From a virus (lineage: Duplodnaviria > Caudoviricetes), in IMG/VR virus record IMGVR_UViG_3300025316_001101: a DNA stretch of 64,000 nucleotides, one strand, 5' to 3'. Each line of letters begins with the position of its first letter. Position 1 is the stretch's first letter. Both the position numbers and the translations under genes were made by a program. The notes under the pieces are model-generated. The model was not told where the DNA came from, did no database searches, and saw only the letters and a list, made by a program, of their open reading frames with translations. Below, one piece after another: positions 37,431 to 47,295 of the stretch.

Positions 37431-38977
37431 CTTCTGCCTCTCTTCCTTCTTGGAGGCGGAAGATCTTCCATCCCTGGTAATCCTGGAACACGTGCCATAA
37501 TTTTCTTTTCTCGTTCCACTCGATCTCTTTCCTCTGCGCCTTTTCTACCACCAGTCTCTAATCTTCTTCTGTTTACATAACGAACGAAATCTGGATCTAT
37601 CTCACGTTCTCCACTATCTTTACCAAAGTAATGTACGTTTCCTGGCTTGTCGGCTAATCCAATGCTCTTTTCCAATGGCTCTCTTGTTCCGTCTGGCTTT
37701 ACAAGAGTTGCAAAAGGAATTGAAGAAGCCGCATATCCTCCAGGCTCTCCATGTTTGTACATTCCCACATGCTGCTTGAACATGGTATCGGGGTCTAACT
37801 GTAGATGCGTTGCGCTTCCAGCTTCACCCCTACCTGTCATCAATGGTATTAAAATTTTTCTAGCGTCCTCGTTATCTCCAGTATCCATTCTACCTGCTGG
37901 AAGAATTTTAGGGATTTGTATGGTTGATAATTTTTTGTATAAAGGATCGCTCATATCGGCGGCGGCACCCATCGGTGTATACGCTCCTCTGCCATGCTCT
38001 GATATGTATCGATAGAAGTTTTCTACGAAATCAACCCATACATTCCATAATTGTTCAGTGCCTACGCCTCTTCCTTTTAGCTTCTCAAGCGTGCTAACAT
38101 AAGCATCAACACCCCGAGGAACTTCTGGTTTTTCTAATTGAGCTTTAGTTACTTGCCATTTCTTATTTGCTTTTTCTTTTTCTAAAGTGTCTGTAGAAAA
38201 CCCTAATTCACCGGCCATGTCTGGGAAAACCGTGCTGTATATGTCAATGTTATGTGTATCAATGCAACCGGCACGACCGAATAGAAGTTGCGCAATAAAT
38301 CCAGCCTTAACAGGTTGTACTCCAGTGAATTTACAAAGTCTAGCTATAATGTCTCTGTCTGTGCCACGTGCGGCCAAAGCCATTAACTCTTGGAATAGGT
38401 TTTCTTTATTACTCCAAATTTCAGCAATGGTTCTTAGTTTCCATCCACTAATAGTGTGTCCAAGAGAATGATATTTATCATCATATACCCGTACCAAATC
38501 TTTTAACTGTGCTTCTGTTACATCATGTGGATGTACATGTTTTAATAACAACATCAACACGTAGAAGTTATCCCAGTGTTTAGGAAACGGAGTATTAGCA
38601 GACAATGGAGAAAACATCATTGTTTGAGCAAAGTTTTCTGGACTGCTATGTGCAAATTTTTGAATTTTCTTAATGTGTTTAGCGTAGCTGCTTAATGGCG
38701 TTATTTCACAAGAGTCTTTATCGTCATCGTCATCAAATGGTGCCATACCCTTAGCCGCATCTGGATCAAATTTTGGAACTTCAATCCTACCGTTTGCTTT
38801 TCTCTCATCTGGAGGAGGTAGAGATTTTAATTCTGGAGATAGATTCATCAACATACGCTGCCAATCTTGTTTCTTTACTTTTTTTGCTTCGTTCAAATGA
38901 CACATTCCAAGCACAAGATCGGCCAATAAATAACCGTCACACCCTTCTTCAGTTATAATCCAGTTCTTAAATTCCAT
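37427..38977 (-). CDS. CTS-bearing protein with HhH-GPD/EndoIII-like DNA glycosylase motif
   Basis: MEFKNWIITEE; TGVQPVKAGFIAQLLFGRAGCIDTHN vs EndoIII GVGRKTANVVLNTAFG..VDTH. Confidence 0.6.
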   Translation of the reverse strand: MEFKNWIITEEGCDGYLLADLVLGMCHLNEAKKVKKQDWQRMLMNLSPELKSLPPPDERKANGRIEVPKFDPDAAKGMAPFDDDDDKDSCEITPLSSYAKHIKKIQKFAHSSPENFAQTMMFSPLSANTPFPKHWDNFYVLMLLLKHVHPHDVTEAQLKDLVRVYDDKYHSLGHTISGWKLRTIAEIWSNKENLFQELMALAARGTDRDIIARLCKFTGVQPVKAGFIAQLLFGRAGCIDTHNIDIYSTVFPDMAGELGFSTDTLEKEKANKKWQVTKAQLEKPEVPRGVDAYVSTLEKLKGRGVGTEQLWNVWVDFVENFYRYISEHGRGAYTPMGAAADMSDPLYKKLSTIQIPKILPAGRMDTGDNEDARKILIPLMTGRGEAGSATHLQLDPDTMFKQHVGMYKHGEPGGYAASSIPFATLVKPDGTREPLEKSIGLADKPGNVHYFGKDSGEREIDPDFVRYVNRRRLETGGRKGAEERDRVEREKKIMARVPGLPGMEDLPPPRRKRGRR

Positions 38978-38984
38978 AATGTAT

Positions 38985-40511
38985 CTATTGCTTTTCCCTA
39001 GTTAAATTACTAACTTTTACAGATACGCTATCTCTTTTAGGCTCAAAGATAATGCTTGTTCCGGCCGAGCTACCGCCAGAAACTTTGTAGGTTAATTTAA
39101 CATATGTCGAATTACTTGTGACGCTTACACTTGCTTCATCTTTTGGTGAAATGCTTAATCCACGTATGTTAAAATCACGTCTTAGACTTGGTGACCAATC
39201 TGCCCCGCCTGACGCACTGCTGGCATAATGTCTGACTGCTAGAGCCACGGGATGGCTTTCACCTTTCTTACCAGCTATTAGCCAACTAAGAATTTCTGTA
39301 AATTTACGTGGATTGTTTGTTAATTTATCTTCTGCCACTTTGGCTAACATCGGTATAATGGCTTGTCGATAATCTGTAGCTGCGGTTGCATCATTAGAAT
39401 CGGCCATAATTGCAGAGAGTTCATCTGTAAACTTTCGAACGTTTGCTCCGCCCAATAATTTATAAGCTTTAGCAGATTGCAAGTCGGCCATTACCACACG
39501 GCCTTCGCTTGTTAACTTAATGTTCCATCCTAATTCACCTTGTTCTCCATCAATTGCACCACTGCACATTAATACGAGATCAGATGGTGTCTGTCGTCCT
39601 CCGGTTGAACTCCAATCACCTTCTCCGCCTGTAAACAACATGTGATCTGGAGTGCATTTTAATAATTGCTTACTTCTTACAAAGATTCTATCCGCTATGT
39701 CTTTTGCATGACTTTGAATCATTAAAAATATCTGATCGGCCTGCTTTTCAGATCCAAGATTTTCCTTGATCTGCGTCATGAACTTATCTCTGTTTTCATC
39801 TATTTGAGTTCCATTATTGGCCTGTCCCATTTCCTCATCATCTCTGTTTTTAACACCATGTTGATGTTCTAGACACAAATAGATTTCTATCTCAAATAAG
39901 AAACCCATTAAACGGGCTATTTTCCTTACCTTGCTCTTAATGATTCGTTCAAACGCATTCCATTGAGATTGTTTCCAATCTGGCGCACCGACTTGTTTTA
40001 AGGCTTTACTGGCACCGCTCCATTTAGAAGTTCCTAATCCGGCATATGGTAATAGTTTTTGAACCTGCTCATCTTCAGAAATCATTGAGCCATCATGCTT
40101 AGTATGTGCAGCCAATGCCATTTGCGGTTTTTGCTGTGTAATATCTTGCGGCCTTTGCATTGATATGGACTGTACGATAAACGATTGATAGTCTGTAGGG
40201 AAGTGAAAGTTTATTCTTCCTTGTTCTACACGCATATTTGCAAAAATATATCGTTGTATCTTTCCAAAGAAATCTTCTGGATTAAAGTCTTCTTCTTGAT
40301 CGATCCATTCTTTGAATGTAATTCTTTGGAACATGTTGAGTGGACGATATGGATCTTGTACTAATTTTTCAATTTCTCGTTTGGTATCTGGTTCCAAAAT
40401 CTTTTTCCAAGCATCGCCACGGGCATGGCGTGTGTATCCCTTAAAGACATCTCTCAGGGCTTTGGCTATATCAACTACTGCTTGTTTTTTACTACTATCT
40501 TGCCTTGGCAT
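38985..40511 (-). CDS. large hypothetical protein, possible PD-(D/E)xK nuclease, internal CTS-like motif
   Basis: MFQRITFKEWIDQEE at 40334; GFLFEIEI...TPSDLVL...GWNIK. Confidence 0.5.
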   Translation of the reverse strand: MPRQDSSKKQAVVDIAKALRDVFKGYTRHARGDAWKKILEPDTKREIEKLVQDPYRPLNMFQRITFKEWIDQEEDFNPEDFFGKIQRYIFANMRVEQGRINFHFPTDYQSFIVQSISMQRPQDITQQKPQMALAAHTKHDGSMISEDEQVQKLLPYAGLGTSKWSGASKALKQVGAPDWKQSQWNAFERIIKSKVRKIARLMGFLFEIEIYLCLEHQHGVKNRDDEEMGQANNGTQIDENRDKFMTQIKENLGSEKQADQIFLMIQSHAKDIADRIFVRSKQLLKCTPDHMLFTGGEGDWSSTGGRQTPSDLVLMCSGAIDGEQGELGWNIKLTSEGRVVMADLQSAKAYKLLGGANVRKFTDELSAIMADSNDATAATDYRQAIIPMLAKVAEDKLTNNPRKFTEILSWLIAGKKGESHPVALAVRHYASSASGGADWSPSLRRDFNIRGLSISPKDEASVSVTSNSTYVKLTYKVSGGSSAGTSIIFEPKRDSVSVKVSNLTREKQ

Positions 40512-40513
40512 AT

Positions 40514-41299
40514 TTAGAACCAATGTAACGTTGTGGCGATTGCTTCAGACATTTCTTCTTTAGTCTGTGTTGGACAGAAATATACATCTATTTCTGATGG
40601 ACGGATTACCCAGTTCCTTCCTTCTCTTTGATTGGCAACATCGTAGTTCATAACCCTTAACAATCCCTTTTTAGTATCAAACACAATATGTGTTTGATTT
40701 TCTTTCACTACCCATCCGTCTCTTGATAGTTGACCGTGACCTCTAAGGGTAAACCTAATGACATAATCATTTTCATCTATCTTTCTTACGCCTTCATATA
40801 CAAATATATCTTTTGCCGTCCGTCGCAGCTTTCCAGCCATGTTAGCTACAAGACTTTCGATTTCTGGATAATCCCGTTTCGCTGAATCGGTTGGCTGTTC
40901 ATCAATGACTTTTATTTCATCAAACAGTTCTTGAACAATTGTTTCTTCTTTGTCACCTATTCCAGATTGATCTACTTGATATATTTTTTTAGTAATCCAC
41001 TGGGGATTGCCTTCTAGGTCTAATGTCTGACGATCAATGAAAAAATTAAGTCCTGTGCCAACTCTTAGCCTAATGGCACCCTGGTCATCTCCCCATTGTG
41101 CTTCATTTACGAAATTAGCCGTACCCTGCCTTGTGGGTAGGTGATACTCCGCTAACGTATTAATAATGCTTTCAACATTCAGTTGATGTATTGGCCATTC
41201 AGAGTTTTTGTCCTTTTTTTGTGGACGTACATCTCTATCAAATCCGAACACATCTCGGAATTCACGGAACAACCAGTCTTGAAATTTTAAGTATGCCAT
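40514..41299 (-). CDS. hypothetical protein, CTS-like N-terminus
   Basis: MAYLKFQDWLFRE; CTAAATA at 41308-41314. Confidence 0.7.
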   Translation of the reverse strand: MAYLKFQDWLFREFRDVFGFDRDVRPQKKDKNSEWPIHQLNVESIINTLAEYHLPTRQGTANFVNEAQWGDDQGAIRLRVGTGLNFFIDRQTLDLEGNPQWITKKIYQVDQSGIGDKEETIVQELFDEIKVIDEQPTDSAKRDYPEIESLVANMAGKLRRTAKDIFVYEGVRKIDENDYVIRFTLRGHGQLSRDGWVVKENQTHIVFDTKKGLLRVMNYDVANQREGRNWVIRPSEIDVYFCPTQTKEEMSEAIATTLHWF

Positions 41300-41361
41300 A
41301 TCTCTTGTATTTAGGCATCAGATCGTTTATAATTGCAGACAACAATTAACCAGGAGACCCC

Positions 41362-42261
41362 ATGATAAAAACACTCCCATTCAGACATGTCATTTGTGCG
41401 AGTCAATTCACAAGGGAGATTATTGACGACATTTTGTTACGGGCTAAAACTTTTCAAAATAATTCAAGTTCTGGGTTTTTATCAAAACGGCAAAAAGGCA
41501 TGGTTATGGCCACATATTTTGCCGAACCATCCACCCGCACTAGGCTGTCTTTTGAATCAGCTATGCAGCGGTTAGGAGGTAAAATCATCTCTATCGAGAA
41601 CGGATCTCTTTCTTCTTCCGAAGTAAAAGGGGAGCTTCTTGAGGATACCGTAAAAACCATTTCACAGTATGCTGATGTAATTGTTATTCGCCATCCACGT
41701 GATGGTGCTGCCCAAATTGCATCTGAATCATCCGATGTTCCAATTATTAATGCTGGCGATGGCGATGGAGAACATCCAACGCAAGCTCTTTTGGACTTGT
41801 ACACAATTCAACGAGAACGTGGTACAATAGATGGGGCCAACATTATATTTTTTGGCGACACCACTAAAGCACGCACCGTAAAATCGCTTACAGCCATGCT
41901 GAAGAATTTTAAGGACGTGATTGTGGATATTATCGATCCATATGCTGGTACAATTAATAATTGGGAGCATTTGCTTAATGAAAAATTGCCAGCGGCCGAC
42001 GTAGTGTACATTACAAGATTACAACGAGAGCGATGGACACCAGGGTTCGTAAATTTACAAAAAGTGTGTTTTGGTCAAGAACAATTGAATCTTATGAAAC
42101 AAAACGCTATGGTTTTACATCCTTTGCCAAGAACCAATGAATTAGATCACAGAATTGATTCTGATCCAAGAGCAGCCTATTGGAAGCAGGTAAAGAATGG
42201 CATGTTTTTGCGAATGGCTCTTATTAGTATGATGCAATTTGATACACCTAGCGATATATAA
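41362..42261 (+). CDS. pyrB: aspartate carbamoyltransferase catalytic chain
   Basis: FAEPSTRTRLSFE, YADVIVIRH, PIINAGDG.GEHPTQALLDLYTI, YITRLQRER, LHPLPR, RMAL; SD CAGGAG. Confidence 0.95.
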   Translation: MIKTLPFRHVICASQFTREIIDDILLRAKTFQNNSSSGFLSKRQKGMVMATYFAEPSTRTRLSFESAMQRLGGKIISIENGSLSSSEVKGELLEDTVKTISQYADVIVIRHPRDGAAQIASESSDVPIINAGDGDGEHPTQALLDLYTIQRERGTIDGANIIFFGDTTKARTVKSLTAMLKNFKDVIVDIIDPYAGTINNWEHLLNEKLPAADVVYITRLQRERWTPGFVNLQKVCFGQEQLNLMKQNAMVLHPLPRTNELDHRIDSDPRAAYWKQVKNGMFLRMALISMMQFDTPSDI

Positions 42262-42279
42262 TGACATCGAAGGAGTATC

Positions 42280-42639
42280 ATGAAACATTTTATAATTTGG
42301 TTAGAAGATAGACAAGCAAATGAAATTCGGGACGCCGTAATATCGAAGTTGCGATCCGACATGGGAATCGATGACGATGATGAAATTACTCAAATGAAAA
42401 CGGCTGATTTGAGTAGTGATGCTCAAGAAGAAATCTTGAAGATCGGATCGGTGATGGATAAGATAGATCCAACACAAGCCGATGCTATTAAAGACTTTAT
42501 GAGTAAATCAGACACAACAGTAGGCACTTTAATTGATAGGATAAACAGTTCTAAACCAAATGCTCCAATGGCCGAACCTCCCGATAGTAATCCGGCCATT
42601 CAACCTCAACAATCACAGAACTTAGGTCAGGGAATATAG
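42280..42639 (+). CDS. acidic hypothetical protein, CTS-like N-terminus
   Basis: MKHFIIWLEDRQ; SD AAGGAG. Confidence 0.7.
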   Translation: MKHFIIWLEDRQANEIRDAVISKLRSDMGIDDDDEITQMKTADLSSDAQEEILKIGSVMDKIDPTQADAIKDFMSKSDTTVGTLIDRINSSKPNAPMAEPPDSNPAIQPQQSQNLGQGI

Positions 42640-42692
42640 AAATTGATAACTCAAACACTATAATACTTATATGGTTTTATAGGAGGGTTATC

Positions 42693-43760
42693 GTGGCTAT
42701 AAAAGTAATAATAAAAATTACCAAGGATTGGCTGGAGAGCGAGTACATTACTAAAGACAGAAGTATGCAAGATATCGCATTGGAAGTAGGTTGTGCTTAT
42801 TCTTCTATTAATAGATATGTCAAATTATTTGGCATACATCCAAAAACTAATGGACAGCATAAAAAGGTAGCTGTACAGGGTATTCCATTTGGCAATTGGA
42901 CGCCAATTAAAGAAGTTGCTCCTGCAAAATCCGGCCATACCAAATGGTTATGTGAATGCAAATGCGGTCAGCAATTAGAAATAGAACACAACGCATTGGC
43001 AAGTGGTAAAAGGATACAATGTATAGCGTGCGGTGGCAAAGCAAGACGTGTTAAGGATAGATTGTCAAATGTCTTTTGGAAGCAAATCAGAAGTGGCGCA
43101 GCCAATAGGGGATGGGAGTTCGACATAATACCAAAGCAGGCTTATGATTTATTGTTAAAGCAAGAATTCAAATGTGCCTTAACAGGAATTTCTATATGCA
43201 TTGCAGATACCGTGACTGAACACAATCATGGGAAAACCACTGCGTCATTAGACCGCATTCAATCTAATGTAGGTTACTGTGTTGAAAACATACAGTGGGT
43301 ACACAAGCACGTAAATCGGATTAAATATACATGGTCTAATGATGAATTCATTGGCTTTTGTACTTTGATAGCGGATTATCATCCGTCGCATCATGATATT
43401 GCAGAGGAAACAAATGTAATCAAAACCGCAAATTGGAATTTGATTAGGATGACAGCAAGGCAAAGAGGGTGGGAATATGACTTAGACATGGATTGGGCAT
43501 GGCAGTTATATTTATCACAAGGCAAAAGATGTGCCCTTTCAGGATTGGAATTATCATTTCCTAAAAGTGTATACTCCTATCAAAAGACAAGAGATGGCAA
43601 CGCTTCGCTGGATAGAATAGATAGTTCTAAGGGATACGTAAAAGGAAATGTGCAATGGGTCACAAGATTGATCAATAAAATGAAATCATGTTTCTCAGAT
43701 GATGAGTTCAAGAGGATTTGTACATTAGTTATGGATTATAATCATGATAAAAAAATTTAG
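42693..43760 (+). CDS. HNH-type homing endonuclease with tandemly duplicated nuclease domain
   Basis: Two copies of KCAL[TS]G...ASLDRI.S..GY...N[IV]QWV...[VI]N..K; N-terminal HTH-like and W.C.C.CG Zn motif. Confidence 0.8.
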   Translation: MAIKVIIKITKDWLESEYITKDRSMQDIALEVGCAYSSINRYVKLFGIHPKTNGQHKKVAVQGIPFGNWTPIKEVAPAKSGHTKWLCECKCGQQLEIEHNALASGKRIQCIACGGKARRVKDRLSNVFWKQIRSGAANRGWEFDIIPKQAYDLLLKQEFKCALTGISICIADTVTEHNHGKTTASLDRIQSNVGYCVENIQWVHKHVNRIKYTWSNDEFIGFCTLIADYHPSHHDIAEETNVIKTANWNLIRMTARQRGWEYDLDMDWAWQLYLSQGKRCALSGLELSFPKSVYSYQKTRDGNASLDRIDSSKGYVKGNVQWVTRLINKMKSCFSDDEFKRICTLVMDYNHDKKI

Positions 43761-44358
43761 TCAGTGGGTAGAAAACAAACAACAAGAAAAGATATTCATT
43801 ATACTTCGTGGGCCTCCGGGGTCTGGAAAATCAACGAAGATCAATGCATTGCTTGCTCAATACGGAGGAGATTACGATCATGTATTTTCGACCGATAATT
43901 ATTTTATCCCTGTATCACAACAAAAGAAGCGACGTGGTGAGCAGATTTCTACTAGTGATGAATATCAAGAGTATCGATCAAACTGGAAGGCAGAGAAATT
44001 AGGTGCTGCTCACGCACATAATTTTCAAGAGTTTCAATATGCCGTAGATCTTGGTGTTACGCCATTAGTATTAGATAATACCTGTATTGTTTCCAGAGAT
44101 TTTCGTCACTACGTCGAGTATGCTGATAAAGCAGGTTATACGGTTAAAATTGAAGAACCTGATTCTCCTTGGTGGAATGAATATCGCCCATATTTAGCTG
44201 ATAAAAAGCTTGATCCAAAAAAGCTAGAAGAATTTGCTAAAATACTCGCCAAACGTAACACGCATGGCGTTCCGTTGGACACTATTCAGAAAATGATCAC
44301 ACGTTGGCAGGATAAGATTGATGTGGATGAACTTTTAGGAAAAAAGCCTAAACAATAA
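43744..44358 (+). CDS. P-loop kinase, N4BP2/AAA_33 polynucleotide-kinase-like, CTS-like N-terminus
   Basis: MIKKFSQWVE; ILRGPPGSGKST, FSTDNYF, LVLDNT, EPDSPWW, RNTHGVP.DTIQKM. Confidence 0.8.
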   Translation: MIKKFSQWVENKQQEKIFIILRGPPGSGKSTKINALLAQYGGDYDHVFSTDNYFIPVSQQKKRRGEQISTSDEYQEYRSNWKAEKLGAAHAHNFQEFQYAVDLGVTPLVLDNTCIVSRDFRHYVEYADKAGYTVKIEEPDSPWWNEYRPYLADKKLDPKKLEEFAKILAKRNTHGVPLDTIQKMITRWQDKIDVDELLGKKPKQ

Positions 44359-44541
44359 AACTACATCGCCAATCAATAGTGCTATCATTATTAAGAACCA
44401 AGGTATAGCAACCACCAATGGTTTGTATCCAGCTTTTGGACTGTCCCACATCATTGCCAACATTGGTGTTACCGACACCATGATGAATAATACGGATGTG
44501 ATCATTAATATAATCCCTAATACCCCAAAGATAGTCATCAT
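44335..44541 (-). CDS. small membrane protein (2 TM)
   Basis: Two hydrophobic stretches. Confidence 0.55.
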   Translation of the reverse strand: MMTIFGVLGIILMITSVLFIMVSVTPMLAMMWDSPKAGYKPLVVAIPWFLIMIALLIGDVVLLFRLFS

Positions 44542-44545
44542 TTAA

Positions 44546-44962
44546 TTATCCTCCAAAATTCACACACCAATAAACTGTACCATCAGCAGCAACGGCAATT
44601 CCAAATCCAACATGAGTGAAATTTCTATTCAATATATTTGCTCGGTGACCACTAGAATTTATCCAACTTCGTAGAACCTCGGCTTCGGTACGTTGGCCAC
44701 AGGCAATATTTTCACCACCCGTTCTCCACGTTCTCATTATTTTGTTTAGAGATTGATGGGTTAGGTTTCTGTTGGCAACCATCCAATTCGCATGAGCTTG
44801 GGCTATTGCGTCTAAGTTCCGGTCCCCGACCAGTTTTTGTATTCTTTGCTGTTCTCTTGGGGTATTGTGGGCAATCAGGATCGTGGCCTCTACATCCTGA
44901 GCGAGAGCGTGGGTGACCTGTGCCACCAATATGGCAATTGCAAGTATTATGGTTTTCATCAA
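44546..44962 (-). CDS. secreted CAP (SCP/PR-1) domain protein
   Basis: Signal peptide; AQAHANWM..LTH, GENIA.GQ, W.NSSGHRANIL, VGFG, YW..NF. Confidence 0.88.
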   Translation of the reverse strand: MMKTIILAIAILVAQVTHALAQDVEATILIAHNTPREQQRIQKLVGDRNLDAIAQAHANWMVANRNLTHQSLNKIMRTWRTGGENIACGQRTEAEVLRSWINSSGHRANILNRNFTHVGFGIAVAADGTVYWCVNFGG

Positions 44963-46401
44963 AAGTCGATCTCATCCTTTACTATGACTTCATGCCCTTC
45001 CTGCGTGAGTATCTTAACACGTTTCTTGGAGTGCTCAAGCAGATAATCGTTGATCTTAAATATAAAGTCATAATAATGAAGAATTTCTTTGTCGTCGGCT
45101 GTTCTTAATCCTCTACCCATCCTTTGAATGATCTGGTGATCGGCCTGCCCACCTGCCGCATTCAATAAATTATGACAGTAGACGTTAATGCCAGCGTTAA
45201 ATATGCCATGTGTAGCAATTGCGATCAGATTCTTTTTAGACTTTTGTAATTCGCCAATAATATATTTGCGGGTTTGTAGATTATCTTTTCCTTGCACCCA
45301 CAACGATCCAGGTATCATGTTGGCCAATGTGTCACCGTGAGCTAATCGCTCTACGAGGATTAATGTACGTCCTTTTAGTCCTTTCACCAATCGTGTTACC
45401 AATTGATGAAACTCAAAGTTTTCAGCTATACCGTGTGTAACGGCATCTATGTAGATGTCATATGGTAGCTGCGGAGTATTGATTGGATAGAAGATACACT
45501 GAGACGCCGAGAGGATGTTTCTATCCTGTAGTTTCTTGGTGGTTAATACACCTGTGTCACCGGCCGACTTTGCTTTTACAATTGGGCCAAAGTATCCTTT
45601 GACTGCATACTTTTGTGTCTTGTGTGTACCGCCAAATTTGAAGGGGGTAGCACTTACGGCGATTCTAACCGAACATGACTTCATTTTTCCATAAAATTTT
45701 CTCGGCACTTTGCTCATCATATCATGGATTTCATCCACAATAACACATCGAATACTTGGCAAAAGCTTTTCAATTTTGTGTAATGACTGAACCGTAGCAC
45801 ATGTAAACATGTTCGGTTCTTTGTATTTGTCATACAATCTACCAACGTTCTTAAATCCCCACTTCATCATTTCATCATAATTTTGCTCGACAAGGCTCTT
45901 CTTGTTGGCTAGAATGAGTGTGGGGGTGTTTTCTGGAAGGCACTTTAGGATGCCTATCATAATGTTGGTCTTGCCAGCCGATGTTGGAGCCTGAATTACT
46001 CCACGCTTGTTTTGAATGGCATGATTTATTAACTCTACTTGATAGTCATATAAAGTTACTTTCTTCTGCCCTTTTGGAGTCCATTGGTCAAAAAAGTGTT
46101 CATCAACAGACTCGAATCGAAACTTTAGAGGATCACGATTATCCTCAATGGTGTACTCAACCTTCCAAAGATTGAGAGCCATTTCGATTTCTGGAAGGAG
46201 TCCGGTCAAGAATTTGCCGGAATCTTTTTTGAAGAAGTCAATATAACCATCCCACAACTTTTGCTTGTAGAGGCGACTGTGAAAGTATCCACGTTCACGA
46301 AATCGCAAAGCCCGCCAAAGTTGCAGGAGAAGATTTTCATTTCCAGTTAATAATTGACCAAAGCAATTATCAACCCGTATATGCGCAAGTTTATCACCCA
46401 T
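44959..46401 (-). CDS. uvsW: UvsW-like SF2 DNA helicase
   Basis: LYDYQ, QAPTSAGKT, VIVDEIH, VSATP, IATHGIFNAGIN, QRMGRGLR, YYDF. Confidence 0.85.
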   Translation of the reverse strand: MGDKLAHIRVDNCFGQLLTGNENLLLQLWRALRFRERGYFHSRLYKQKLWDGYIDFFKKDSGKFLTGLLPEIEMALNLWKVEYTIEDNRDPLKFRFESVDEHFFDQWTPKGQKKVTLYDYQVELINHAIQNKRGVIQAPTSAGKTNIMIGILKCLPENTPTLILANKKSLVEQNYDEMMKWGFKNVGRLYDKYKEPNMFTCATVQSLHKIEKLLPSIRCVIVDEIHDMMSKVPRKFYGKMKSCSVRIAVSATPFKFGGTHKTQKYAVKGYFGPIVKAKSAGDTGVLTTKKLQDRNILSASQCIFYPINTPQLPYDIYIDAVTHGIAENFEFHQLVTRLVKGLKGRTLILVERLAHGDTLANMIPGSLWVQGKDNLQTRKYIIGELQKSKKNLIAIATHGIFNAGINVYCHNLLNAAGGQADHQIIQRMGRGLRTADDKEILHYYDFIFKINDYLLEHSKKRVKILTQEGHEVIVKDEIDF

Positions 46402-46457
46402 GTTATAACACCAACCTTATATCGGCATTATAACTTATTTTTAGCTAGAAGTCCACA

Positions 46458-46862
46458 TCATTTGACGGGTTTGGGGTGTTCTTCTGGGTTATCTTTTTCA
46501 AAAGTATAGGTCATTAATGGGGTGACTAGACTTAATCGGTTTTGTTCAAACTTGTTTAGCAAAAATTCGGCTAAAGCATGTATGTAGACAAAGATTTCCT
46601 GGTTCGTTTTGGGAAATCGTGGATAGTTGATAGAAGCTATTTCGAAGCCATCTTCCACATAATCCCTAACCACATAGGTGGTATTTGTAACTGTTACCGA
46701 CACTAGCTCGGCTGCATCCAATATGCGTTCTACTTCATGTCTCTTTTGGAATTCGCCAATGGCCGCTATCACGTCATGATCAAAGAATTTGCTGCCATTG
46801 TAGCCACGGACGGAACCAATGTATATCTTTGCCCAATAAGTTTGTACCGTGAATTCTTTCAT
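46458..46862 (-). CDS. hypothetical protein
   Basis: Likely start MKEFTVQ. Confidence 0.55.
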   Translation of the reverse strand: MKEFTVQTYWAKIYIGSVRGYNGSKFFDHDVIAAIGEFQKRHEVERILDAAELVSVTVTNTTYVVRDYVEDGFEIASINYPRFPKTNQEIFVYIHALAEFLLNKFEQNRLSLVTPLMTYTFEKDNPEEHPKPVK

Positions 46863-46915
46863 ATATTTTCTCCTAACAGATATAATAACAAGTAACAGTT
46901 TCTTAGTCAAGACCG

Positions 46916-46922
46916 CTAAATA
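46916..46922 (+). promoter_or_regulatory. T4-late-promoter-like box
   Basis: CTAAATA 4 nt before ATG 46927. Confidence 0.5.
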
Positions 46923-46926
46923 AAGT

Positions 46927-47295
46927 ATGAATTTCAAAGAATGGTTAGCATTGGATTACTTGGTCGAAGCTTTCGGACAAGAAGAAATAGACTCCCACAA
47001 GGTCTTAGATGGGAAGTGGGAGCCCCCACTCAACCAAATTGCTAATGAGCATAATTTCTATTTTAACTCTGAACCCGACCCTCAAAAAGAATGTAATGGT
47101 CGTCAATGCTATAAATTACATGTTAGTTGCAATTATCATGGCGGAGAAGGAGATGTGGCAAACATTAGTTTCAGACATGCTTACTCTGGTTATGGTGATA
47201 GATTTAAGTACGGTGCCTCTACGGAAGAAAAGGTTTTGCAAGAAAAGATTGGTAAGGATGTAGTCAATTACCCCTACCCTAAAGAGGTTCAATAG
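46927..47295 (+). CDS. CTS-bearing hypothetical protein, 3' end interrupted by IS element 2; paralog of 49623..49919
   Basis: MNFKEWLALD; last codons (VNYPYPKEVQ) come from the IS right end. Confidence 0.7.
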   Translation: MNFKEWLALDYLVEAFGQEEIDSHKVLDGKWEPPLNQIANEHNFYFNSEPDPQKECNGRQCYKLHVSCNYHGGEGDVANISFRHAYSGYGDRFKYGASTEEKVLQEKIGKDVVNYPYPKEVQ

